Origin: Ruminococcus albus 7 = DSM 20455
GTDB lineage: Bacteria > Bacillota > Clostridia > Oscillospirales > Ruminococcaceae
DNA: 32,000 nucleotides
Direction of reading: 5' to 3'
Assembly (NCBI RefSeq): GCF_000179635.2
Contig: NC_014833.1
Coordinates: forward strand, 3,000,001-3,032,000
Shown here in pieces: positions 25,303 to 32,000 of this stretch. The first letter of the stretch is position 1. Each line of letters opens with the position of its first letter. The notes under the pieces were generated by a model that ran no database searches, was not told where the DNA came from, and was given only the letters and a program-made list of their open reading frames with translations. Position numbers and translations under genes: made by a program.

Positions 25303-26122
25303 TATATTTGGTATTGATACCATAGAAATAGTTGCGAACAAGCGTTTGATAAACGCTTATAATTCGCTATTTGTTCCGACTCATTATCTGGATTCAGTCC
25401 GTACCAAGTACGTAATGAACCCAGATTTCATCAACGGTGGTATAACTGTTGAAAAATATAGTGATTATATGTCGTTGATAGGTGAAGCACTGCAAGTTGC
25501 AGGGATAGAAGCACCAGTAATAAGGAGGATAGATTTTCGTGTAGATAATTTTGTCGATGAATATGAGAAGCATTATAAACTACATAAGTTTATGATTCTT
25601 TGTTTAGCGATGTCATATCATAACATTCAGAGTTATGAAAGCTATGATCCTGTGACCCAAGACATTTTATGTATTCGAGCTCAAGGAAAATATTGGGAAG
25701 CAGAGTACTATAATAAGCTCAAGCAAGAGCCGAAATCGGGAATCAAGTCGCGCTTTGAAATGCGAGCCAAAGCAGGCTCGTATCACGTAGGAGATGAGAG
25801 GAGATATTTTGATCTGTACTCTGAAAGATTGATTAAAATCACAAGTAAACAATATTTGCTTAATGTGGCTGAATATTTAAATGATTGTTTGAACGATAAA
25901 TGGGAGCAAGAGAAAAAAAATATTTCCAAACGAGGGTTTTTAGAAAAATATAGTGATAATATTTTTATGAAAGAACAAGCTATTGGATTATGCAATATGC
26001 TCGGCTATAAAGATCCTAAACAGACTGCCTCCAAATTGGATATTAAATATATAAGCCATAAAGAATTATCGCTTTATGTAAATGAGTTGATCACTCTAGG
26101 TGATCGCTTTTTTGAAAGCTAA
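25295..26122 (+). CDS. putative replication-initiation protein (Rep_trans-like); function tentative
   Basis: GGAGGA RBS before ATG 25295; overlaps the xis stop. RIDFRVD resembles the R-I-D-x-A-x-D motif, and ..YYNKL..SRFEMRAK.. the downstream RfE motif, of rolling-circle Rep_trans proteins. Both comparisons are from memory, not a search. Confidence 0.55.
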   Translation: MNNIFGIDTIEIVANKRLINAYNSLFVPTHYLDSVRTKYVMNPDFINGGITVEKYSDYMSLIGEALQVAGIEAPVIRRIDFRVDNFVDEYEKHYKLHKFMILCLAMSYHNIQSYESYDPVTQDILCIRAQGKYWEAEYYNKLKQEPKSGIKSRFEMRAKAGSYHVGDERRYFDLYSERLIKITSKQYLLNVAEYLNDCLNDKWEQEKKNISKRGFLEKYSDNIFMKEQAIGLCNMLGYKDPKQTASKLDIKYISHKELSLYVNELITLGDRFFES

Positions 26123-26300
26123 ATGTATAAAAAATACATTTTTAAAATTATTCATGAAGCGATATAAACTCGCAGATAGTAGGAAAAGTGATGTAATAGT
26201 GTTTTTGATATGTCTAAATAACAGTCATTACTCTTATATTAGATGGTTTGTTTTGGTTTGTCTTAGTTGAGTTAACACTATGATTGAGGAGAGAAAATAT

Positions 26301-26507
26301 ATGATTATAATGAACTTAGCAGAACAGCATAAAAAACTTAGAATAAATGAACATGATAGAAGAGCTGAAAGAGCGTATTGGAAATATGTTGAGTGTGATG
26401 GTGTTCCAGATGGCTTTTATTTAAAATGCAGTTACTGCGGATATGATATCAGCAGGAAAGATGCAGACCATATATGCGCAAACTGCGGAGCTCGTATGAG
26501 CTATTAA
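26301..26507 (+). CDS. small zinc-ribbon protein (CxxC..CxxC)
   Basis: ..LKCSYCGYDISRKDADHICANCGARMSY. GAGGAG RBS 9 nt before ATG 26301; the track start at 26280 is less likely. Confidence 0.6.
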   Translation: MIIMNLAEQHKKLRINEHDRRAERAYWKYVECDGVPDGFYLKCSYCGYDISRKDADHICANCGARMSY

Positions 26508-26647
26508 ATTAGCTTGTATAAAGGAGCGGACAGTGTGGCAGTATGTTTATACTGACGAGAACGTAAAACGCATTGTACAGTATTTTTATTAGCAATAAAC
26601 CTGAATAAACCACAACTACACAAACTGAAATAAAAACTACTTATACA

Positions 26648-26690
26648 AAAGCAATGTCGTAAACAAAAATCGGCATTGCTTTTTTTATTT
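26648..26690 (+). terminator. rho-independent terminator closing the int-xis-rep module
   Basis: Stem AAAGCAATGTCG / CGGCATTGCTTT (one G-T pair), followed by TTTTT. Confidence 0.65.
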
Positions 26691-26811
26691 TGCCTTTTTA
26701 TGTTAACTACAAAAATAAGAAAACAGATATTTTTATTTTGTTAGGCTGCCTTCACATGATTATTTATTTAAGTTATAAAAAATATATAAACTCTATCCGA
26801 ACATACTCGTA

Positions 26812-26840
26812 TTGCATATTGTAGGATTTAATGTTATAAT
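26812..26840 (+). promoter_or_regulatory. strong sigma-A promoter for the Zn-ribbon membrane protein gene
   Basis: TTGCAT, 17 nt, then TGtTATAAT (-10 at 26835-26840). AAGGGGAGGGG RBS before ATG 26874. Confidence 0.6.
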
Positions 26841-26873
26841 ATACCCGATAAAGAAATTTAAGGGGAGGGGCTT

Positions 26874-27692
26874 ATGAACACATTTGTCTGCCCTCACTGC
26901 GGGGGTGAAGTTCCCGAGGGTATGCGGTTTTGTCCGCACTGCATGACTGTGCTTGCCGAGCCGCAGGCTATTGAGATAGGAGCGAAAGGCAGGAAAAAGA
27001 ACAGTTTAGTTTTTATAATAGTCCTGTGTGCTTGTATCGTGACAGGGGCGGCTGTATATTTTGCTGCAAGAGGACATAACGATATTTCCGTACAAAAAAA
27101 TAACACAGACACTGAAGTAAGTGCCGATGTATCGGAAACAGAAAGTTTTACAAGTGATGTTGATTCGTGGGTCGATAGTATGACCGAAAGCATACCTGAT
27201 AATATTGTTACTGATGAAAGCAGTTCTGCTGAAAGTCACGATGAAACTGAGAGTTCTGCAGACAGTTCGGTAAATGAGCATATCACGGAACAAGGCATCA
27301 CACCCGAGAGCCTGTATGCCGATATAAAGGACTGGTGCGGTACACATCCGCCTAAGTATTTCGGTGTGGAGAGTGCTGAAGATATATCCGCCGAGCAGGA
27401 CGGAGACACCACAATGTTTTCGTTTGCCGACAAGGGCGGGGCAAGGATATTTATAGGCACGGATACGGACGGTAATGCAAGCTTTATCATACGGCTGAAT
27501 GATATTTCCGCAGAGGGCAATAACGAGCATGGAGAAGAGATATTATCTGCACTGGGTGACATATTTTTCAGCACTGATCTCAGCGGCAGGGACGGCAATT
27601 TTACCGAGAATGGCTATTCTTTTGAGATAATATGCAATGACTACCCCGATATGTTCTATACAGAGTACATTATCACAGCCGAAAAGCTATAA
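26874..27692 (+). CDS. membrane-anchored protein: N-terminal double-CxxC zinc ribbon, one TM helix, acidic Ser/Asp/Glu-rich linker, uncharacterised C-terminal domain
   Basis: FVCPHCGGEVPEGMRFCPHCMTVL. TM LVFIIVLCACIVTGAAVYFAA. Low-complexity stretch ..TDESSSAESHDETESSADSS... About 130-aa C-terminal domain with no motif I recognise. Confidence 0.85.
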   Translation: MNTFVCPHCGGEVPEGMRFCPHCMTVLAEPQAIEIGAKGRKKNSLVFIIVLCACIVTGAAVYFAARGHNDISVQKNNTDTEVSADVSETESFTSDVDSWVDSMTESIPDNIVTDESSSAESHDETESSADSSVNEHITEQGITPESLYADIKDWCGTHPPKYFGVESAEDISAEQDGDTTMFSFADKGGARIFIGTDTDGNASFIIRLNDISAEGNNEHGEEILSALGDIFFSTDLSGRDGNFTENGYSFEIICNDYPDMFYTEYIITAEKL

Positions 27693-28109
27693 TGTTGCTT
27701 CACCGCGAGAATAAAGCTCGTTGTTTGTTTCGATGACGGACTTTCTGTTCTCTATGCAGAAGATGATAATGCTGTCACGCTTCTTTTTTGCATACAGGAA
27801 AGGATATCCCGACAGCTTTAAAAAGCTCTGCACCTCGTCAAGGGAAAGACTCATAGCTATAAGTATAGAGAGCACTTTGTCACGGGCAGGAGCTTCCTTG
27901 ACCCCCGAAAATATCTGATAGGCATATACCTGGCTTATTTCCGACTTAGCTATAACTTCGGATTTTACAAGACCCTTTTCGGCAAGGATATTTTCAAGCA
28001 TTTCGGAAACCTTTTTGCAAGATATGTTCTCGACGTTGTCCGAAAGATAGCTGTCGATGCTATCGGCAGATCTGATTTCATTAAGCAGTTCGTCTGTGGA
28101 TTTTTTCAT
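27687..28109 (-). CDS. HTH-domain protein (XRE-like, 140 aa)
   Basis: ..SEISQVYAYQIFSGVKEAPARDKVLSILIAMSLSLDEVQSFLKLSGYPFLYAKKKRDSIIIF.. resembles a Clostridial HTH regulator class that I recall as widespread. AAAAGGAG RBS. Divergent from the kinase gene. 6-nt convergent overlap with 26874-27692. Confidence 0.8.
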   Translation of the reverse strand: MKKSTDELLNEIRSADSIDSYLSDNVENISCKKVSEMLENILAEKGLVKSEVIAKSEISQVYAYQIFSGVKEAPARDKVLSILIAMSLSLDEVQSFLKLSGYPFLYAKKKRDSIIIFCIENRKSVIETNNELYSRGEATL

Positions 28110-28232
28110 GGTGATCTACTCCTTTTTATTTGCTGTATTATAGATTATAATAACACGCTTTATCTGATTTTACAAGGGGGCGGTAATATAAACCTCTCGG
28201 AAATTTTATCTGCCGAATACACGCTTGTATCG

Positions 28233-28886
28233 GTGCTTAACAGCAAGGAAAACAGTACACTGATACGCTATCGGAACAATAGACTGGGCAGAGATATAGT
28301 AGTGCGTAAGTTAAGCACTGACAGTAATACAGATGTTTATCGAAGTCTCTCGTGGGTCTGCCATGAGAACTTAGTGCGGATATACGATGTCGTTACCGAG
28401 CAGGACTATACCTATATCCTTGAAGAATACATAGAGGGCATAAGCCTTTCGGAACTTGTACCGATGAACGAAAAGGGCGCACGGACGACAGTGATACAGA
28501 TAGCGAGGGCGCTGTATGTTCTGCAAACGCTGGGCATCGTACACCGTGATATAAAAGAGGACAACGTAATAGTAACAGAGGACGGCACGGTAAAGCTAAC
28601 CGACTTCGATATATCAAAAATATACACCGAGGGCAAAAGCCGTGATACACAGCTTCTGGGTACGTCTACCTATGCCCCGCCCGAGCAGTACGGACTTGCA
28701 CAGACCGACAGCAGGAGCGATATATACTCTCTCGGTATACTCGCAAACAAGCTAGTCACTGGCAAGCACCCGTCTGCCTCGCTGTACACCAAAGGCAGGC
28801 TCGGTAAGTTTATAGTCAAGGCAACGAATATCAGCCCCGACAAGCGTTTTAACTCTGCCGAAGATGTACTGGCGCACTTTCGTTAA
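28233..28886 (+). CDS. minimal Hanks-type Ser/Thr protein kinase domain (no accessory domains); start codon uncertain, possibly ATA 28188 or ATT 28203
   Basis: VHRDIKEDNVIV (HRDxKxxN), LTDFDISK (DFG-like), TSTYAPPEQ (APE-like), SDIYSLGIL, late KRF. The frame stays open upstream of GTG 28233 and encodes ..EYTLVSVLNSKENSTLIRY.., which corresponds to beta1 and the Gly-loop. Confidence 0.85.
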   Translation: MLNSKENSTLIRYRNNRLGRDIVVRKLSTDSNTDVYRSLSWVCHENLVRIYDVVTEQDYTYILEEYIEGISLSELVPMNEKGARTTVIQIARALYVLQTLGIVHRDIKEDNVIVTEDGTVKLTDFDISKIYTEGKSRDTQLLGTSTYAPPEQYGLAQTDSRSDIYSLGILANKLVTGKHPSASLYTKGRLGKFIVKATNISPDKRFNSAEDVLAHFR

Positions 28887-28917
28887 ATATAAAAATTATG
28901 CTGTCAGCATAAGACAA

Positions 28918-28957
28918 AAAGATCCTCCTGTGGTATAATCACCATAGGAGGATCTTT
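28918..28957. terminator. bidirectional terminator between the kinase and XRE genes
   Basis: 17-bp stem AAAGATCCTCCTGTGGT / ACCATAGGAGGATCTTT (one G-T pair) with a 6-nt loop. Confidence 0.75.
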
Positions 28958-29309
28958 AAAGTTCATCAATATTCTCCGCTAATATTTTGACCGTGTTGAG
29001 GAATTTGCTCACCTGCTCGGGTGAATGATTTTTTAATTCTGCCGAAATGCTTTCGAGAACACCCACATCACCGTTCTCGTTTTTGACATCAAGCAGAAGA
29101 TAATCAAGGCTTATTTCCAGCACGGTCGAAATGCTTATGGCAGTATTAAGTGAGAGCTGCCTTGAAGCACGTTCGATATGCCCCACATAGGAAGGCGTGA
29201 TACCGCAAAGCTCCGCCAGCTGTTCCTGACTGAGCCCCAGCTTTACCCTGCGTGAGCGTATCCTCTCGCCAACGGCGGTAAGGCTTAAATTATTGTTGCC
29301 GTCATTCAT
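28956..29309 (-). CDS. XRE-family HTH transcriptional regulator
   Basis: ..ERIRSRRVKLGLSQEQLAELCGITPSYVGHIERASRQLSLNTAISISTVLEISLDYLL.. is a canonical Cro/C1-type HTH. Confidence 0.92.
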   Translation of the reverse strand: MNDGNNNLSLTAVGERIRSRRVKLGLSQEQLAELCGITPSYVGHIERASRQLSLNTAISISTVLEISLDYLLLDVKNENGDVGVLESISAELKNHSPEQVSKFLNTVKILAENIDEL

Positions 29310-29374
29310 TTACATCACCACCAACATTATACATTATGAACAAATATGATGTAAATATACTGTATGTCATGATA

Positions 29375-29403
29375 TTGACAAATAGTACAGAACAGTGTAT
29401 AAT
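29375..29403 (+). promoter_or_regulatory. consensus sigma-A promoter for the membrane-protein gene
   Basis: TTGACA (29375-29380), 17 nt, then TGtTATAAT (-10 at 29398-29403). ACTGTA / TACAG inverted motifs flank the -35 and could be an XRE operator. Confidence 0.65.
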
Positions 29404-29460
29404 GTAGTTAATCCGATATGAGTTAATGTTGATTATAGCTAATTGAAGGAGGAGCGGTTC

Positions 29461-29914
29461 ATGATAGCTTTAGGAATTATTATTACTTTTATAGGTGGGT
29501 TATTTTTACTATATGATTTATATGTATTCTTAGCATTGGGTGAATCCGGTGATGGTTTATTCCTTCTTATTTCAGCCTCTGTAACTGCGCTGGGAGTATT
29601 TTTGTGGCGAATGGGATTGAGGAGAGAGGCTGATGAGATAGAGCAAGGACAGGAAGCTGTCCAAAACGGAATGACACCGTCTCAAAAAAAGGGTGCTGTG
29701 ATCGGTATAATAATACTTATCATTATTTTTGCAACGCCATTTGTGCTGAATTTTATTCCCGATACGCCTGTGAACAAAGAAGAACAGGTATTGAAGTATG
29801 TTGAGGACATAATGAAAGATAAAGAAAAGGCAGTAAAAGACACGGAAGTAAATGCGTCGGTGAGCCATACAAAACCCAAGATACTTGATCATTCGGGTGA
29901 TGTGTATTTTGTTT
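29461..29914 (+). pseudogene. 5' part of a 3-TM membrane-protein gene interrupted by IS copy 2
   Basis: AAGGAGGA RBS, ATG 29461 (MIALGIIITFIGGLFLLYDL..). The frame runs into the IS at 29915 and stops at 29929-29931 after 5 IS-encoded codons. Confidence 0.8.
29907..29914. repeat. target-site duplication TTTTGTTT, left of IS copy 2
   Basis: Identical 8-mer at 30938-30945. Confidence 0.8.
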
Positions 29915-30937
29915 TATGGTTATCCCCTTAACACACCACAAGTAAGATCACTGCACCAAAGCAGCCAAAAGCCTTAAATACGCACTGTTTCCCAGCTTAC
30001 GACGGTTGAATTTGTAACAGTATTCGGCAGCATATAACGCTGTGTGGATCTTTTCGTTTCCGTGGTAAGTTCCCATGATCATTGCTTTGAAGTTTGATAT
30101 AACTTTATGCATCCAATTCAGCTGACCGCTTGTCGGATCATATGTTTCAAAAACATGGAAGTATTTCTGTGCCAACGGTTTCTTGTAACTTCGAGCATTA
30201 TCACTCTCGATCTTCGAGCCAGCGCGGATATTATCCCTGGCAAATCTACCCACAGTTATACCCTTTAAATTCGGCACATCTCTCATTTTAACGTACTCGG
30301 GATTTCCTGCTGCGTTCTTCGATAAAGCTACGATCATCTTGACTTTTTCAGTACCTCTGCCGCGCTTTTTACCGTGAGTCGGAGCACCGAGATACGTGTC
30401 ATCAAGTTCAACGATTCCGTCGAGCAAATAGCGTTCTTCACGGCATTTCATAGCTTTTCTGATGCGGTGAAGGATGTACCATGCAGTCTTGTAGGTCACC
30501 CCCAAAGACCTCATCAGCGTAACAGCAGAAACACTGCATTTGTTGCTCATAATGAGGAATGCGGTGACTATCCACAGTCTGAGCGGAATATGTGTTCTGT
30601 GCATAAAAGTTCCGTTTGTGGCGGATATATCTGCTTTACAGAACTTGCAGCGCAGCAGATGGCGTGACCTTATCCTGCGGTACTCAGAGCCACCGCAAAA
30701 CGGGCAGGCAAAGCCCTTTTCAAAGCGGATATCAAGCAGAAAATCCTTGCAAAAGCTTTCATCTGCGAACTTTGAATATATCCCATCAAGTGTGATCTCA
30801 GGTTTCGGAAATCTTTTTGACATAGCGACAGCTCCTTTCGTTTCCTGTCACTATTATACTATATTTTCCGGTTTTTGAGGTCTGTTTATTTGGACAGCAT
30901 TGTAAATTATCTGTGGTGTGTTAAAGGGATAACCATG
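29915..30937 (-). mobile_element. IS1595-family insertion sequence, copy 2 (1023 bp, intact)
   Basis: Same terminal repeats as copy 1, in inverted orientation. 8-bp TSD. Single 291-aa transposase ORF. Confidence 0.92.
29948..30823 (-). CDS. ISXO2-like (IS1595-family) DDE transposase with N-terminal zinc ribbon
   Basis: 291 aa. CPFCGGSEYRRIRSRHLLRCKFCK zinc ribbon, then a DDE-type core (..VELDDTYLG.., ..IESDNARSY.., ..YAAEYCYKFNRR..). Confidence 0.93.
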   Translation of the reverse strand: MSKRFPKPEITLDGIYSKFADESFCKDFLLDIRFEKGFACPFCGGSEYRRIRSRHLLRCKFCKADISATNGTFMHRTHIPLRLWIVTAFLIMSNKCSVSAVTLMRSLGVTYKTAWYILHRIRKAMKCREERYLLDGIVELDDTYLGAPTHGKKRGRGTEKVKMIVALSKNAAGNPEYVKMRDVPNLKGITVGRFARDNIRAGSKIESDNARSYKKPLAQKYFHVFETYDPTSGQLNWMHKVISNFKAMIMGTYHGNEKIHTALYAAEYCYKFNRRKLGNSAYLRLLAALVQ

Positions 30938-30945
30938 TTTTGTTT
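30938..30945. repeat. target-site duplication TTTTGTTT, right of IS copy 2
   Basis: See 29907-29914. Confidence 0.8.
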
Positions 30946-31121
30946 ATATGGAAGTCACTTCAAAAACTGCAATGTACGGAGAAGCAGGTGGTGATCTGGT
31001 AGTTGTAAAGGTCGAGGATAAAAATAAATGCTCGTGGGTGACTGATATGGCTACCGATACAGATGATGAACATATCCAAAAGGCTTTAGATGTGGCAAAA
31101 CAACTATACGGAAACGGATAA
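30946..31121 (+). pseudogene. 3' part of the IS-interrupted membrane-protein gene
   Basis: Deleting the IS and one TSD copy joins ..GDVYFV to YMEVTSKTAMYGEAGGDLVVVKVEDKNKCSWVTDMATDTDDEHIQKALDVAKQLYGNG* in frame. Total is 630 nt, or 209 codons plus the stop. Confidence 0.75.
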
Positions 31122-31137
31122 AAAGGAGGGTCTTAGT

Positions 31138-32000
31138 ATGAAAAAAATACTAGCAATTTTACTATCAATGGTCATGGCAGGAATGGTTTTCGGTTCTTGC
31201 GGAAGTGAGGAACAAACTGAAACACAGGCTAAAACAACGGAGCAGGTTTCATCGGAGGATGATCAAAACAGAGAGCCGACAGAGAACGACTACAAGGAGC
31301 AGCTTAAAGCTATTTATGATGCTTTAAAAGATCATCCTTTCAGTAATGGAAATCCCATAGAAGAGATACGAATAGAATTGGGACGAGATACATATGACGG
31401 GGGGGATAAATATGAATCAGGAACAACAGAAGCGGATATTGTAAACACTGTAAATGGTATTTATGACAGTAAATTATCAGATTGTCATGTTTCTATTGAG
31501 TATAATACAACTAACAATTATAGTATTGACTCCATCAAAATAATTACTGATCGCGGAACAGAAGAAAACTATTGCTTAGTGTATTATCCCGAGACTGACA
31601 GATGCAATAATTTAGATTTAACCAATATAGCAAGGGAAATTGCGGCAGTAGGATATAATGTTTTTACTGGAAATATGGATACAATGAATGGAAAAATGGC
31701 TGAAATTGTAGATTTTTCAAATTCAGAAGCTAACAGTGAGATAGGGAATAAAATCGTTGAAAAATACAAAGCCGATAGTTATTTCGATTTTACTGGAAGG
31801 GCATTTGTATATAGTGAGGCTATATATAGTGGTGCAGTATGTACATATGATGATAATTGGTCATCTATGGAGTTTGCACCTTATGATTTTGAAACATACT
31901 TCAAATCTGATATTGAAAGCAAAGGATTATCTTTTGACGAAGCGTGTGAGTATCTTAGCAAAGATGATGTTGGAGTTTCGGCATATAAACAGTACAAAAC
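31138..32000 (+). CDS. lipoprotein of unknown function; 3' end runs off the right window edge
   Basis: Absent from the ORF track because there is no stop in the window. AAAAGGAGGG RBS, ATG 31138. MKKILAILLSMVMAGMVFGSCGSEEQ has a lipobox Cys. The frame stays open to position 32000. Confidence 0.85.
   Translation, partial: MKKILAILLSMVMAGMVFGSCGSEEQTETQAKTTEQVSSEDDQNREPTENDYKEQLKAIYDALKDHPFSNGNPIEEIRIELGRDTYDGGDKYESGTTEADIVNTVNGIYDSKLSDCHVSIEYNTTNNYSIDSIKIITDRGTEENYCLVYYPETDRCNNLDLTNIAREIAAVGYNVFTGNMDTMNGKMAEIVDFSNSEANSEIGNKIVEKYKADSYFDFTGRAFVYSEAIYSGAVCTYDDNWSSMEFAPYDFETYFKSDIESKGLSFDEACEYLSKDDVGVSAYKQYK

Noticed and set aside
26533-26592. 19-codon ORF (GTG start, MWQYVYTDENVKRIVQYFY) 6 nt after an AAAGGAG motif, downstream of the Zn-ribbon gene.
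   Set aside because: It is too short to support from sequence alone, and no conservation information is available. It is noted only because the RBS is good.
23678-30937. A composite transposon formed by the two IS copies.
   Set aside because: Each IS copy has its own matching 8-bp target duplication and the outer flanks do not match each other. The copies therefore inserted independently. The composite geometry is only a potential.
1-32000. CRISPR arrays, rRNA genes and prophage structural genes.
   Set aside because: I saw no regularly spaced direct repeats and no rRNA-like or capsid/tail-like sequences anywhere in the window.
21940-32000. attR as a direct repeat of the tRNA-Leu 3' end. For example, the shared 9-mer AACAACAAG occurs at 21972-21980 and 23572-23580.
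   Set aside because: Only 9-mer matches of this kind were found. Several such matches are expected by chance given the number of positions compared, so no attR call is made.

Overview
This looks like a chromosomal segment from a spore-forming Clostridia-class Firmicute, judged from spoIVA, a SipL-like gene, a CIRCE operator and Gram-positive RBS and promoter signals. Positions 1-21.9 kb are core genome. They carry pnp (cut by the left edge) and rpsO, then a minus-strand ClpC-like ATPase / DD-carboxypeptidase / MBL-lipoprotein cluster. Next come a 34-codon Cys-rich peptide ORF missing from the ORF track, a sipL-like-spoIVA sporulation operon, and an N-terminally truncated, stop-interrupted MBL hydrolase remnant. 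After that are metY, divergent from a LysR regulator across an intergenic region with three copies of a 12-bp palindrome, CIRCE-controlled htpG, a Gfo/Idh/MocA oxidoreductase, a 1244-aa hybrid histidine kinase with two Cache-like modules, and a MazF toxin with no adjacent antitoxin. A tRNA-Leu(GAG) at 21889-21972 marks the switch to visibly more A+T-rich accessory DNA. This carries a tyrosine integrase abutting the tRNA, an excisionase, a Rep_trans-like protein and small HTH and Zn-ribbon proteins. A cargo block follows: a Zn-ribbon membrane protein, two HTH regulators, a minimal Hanks-type kinase with a degenerate glycine loop and no canonical start codon after its RBS, a membrane protein and a lipoprotein (cut by the right edge). 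Two near-identical IS1595-family copies sit in inverted orientation, each with its own 8-bp target duplication. One carries two +1 homopolymer frameshifts. The other splits the membrane-protein gene, which can be reconstructed exactly. The htpG/oxidoreductase convergent spacer is bounded by about 27-bp imperfect inverted repeats. All coordinates were counted by hand and no searches were run.
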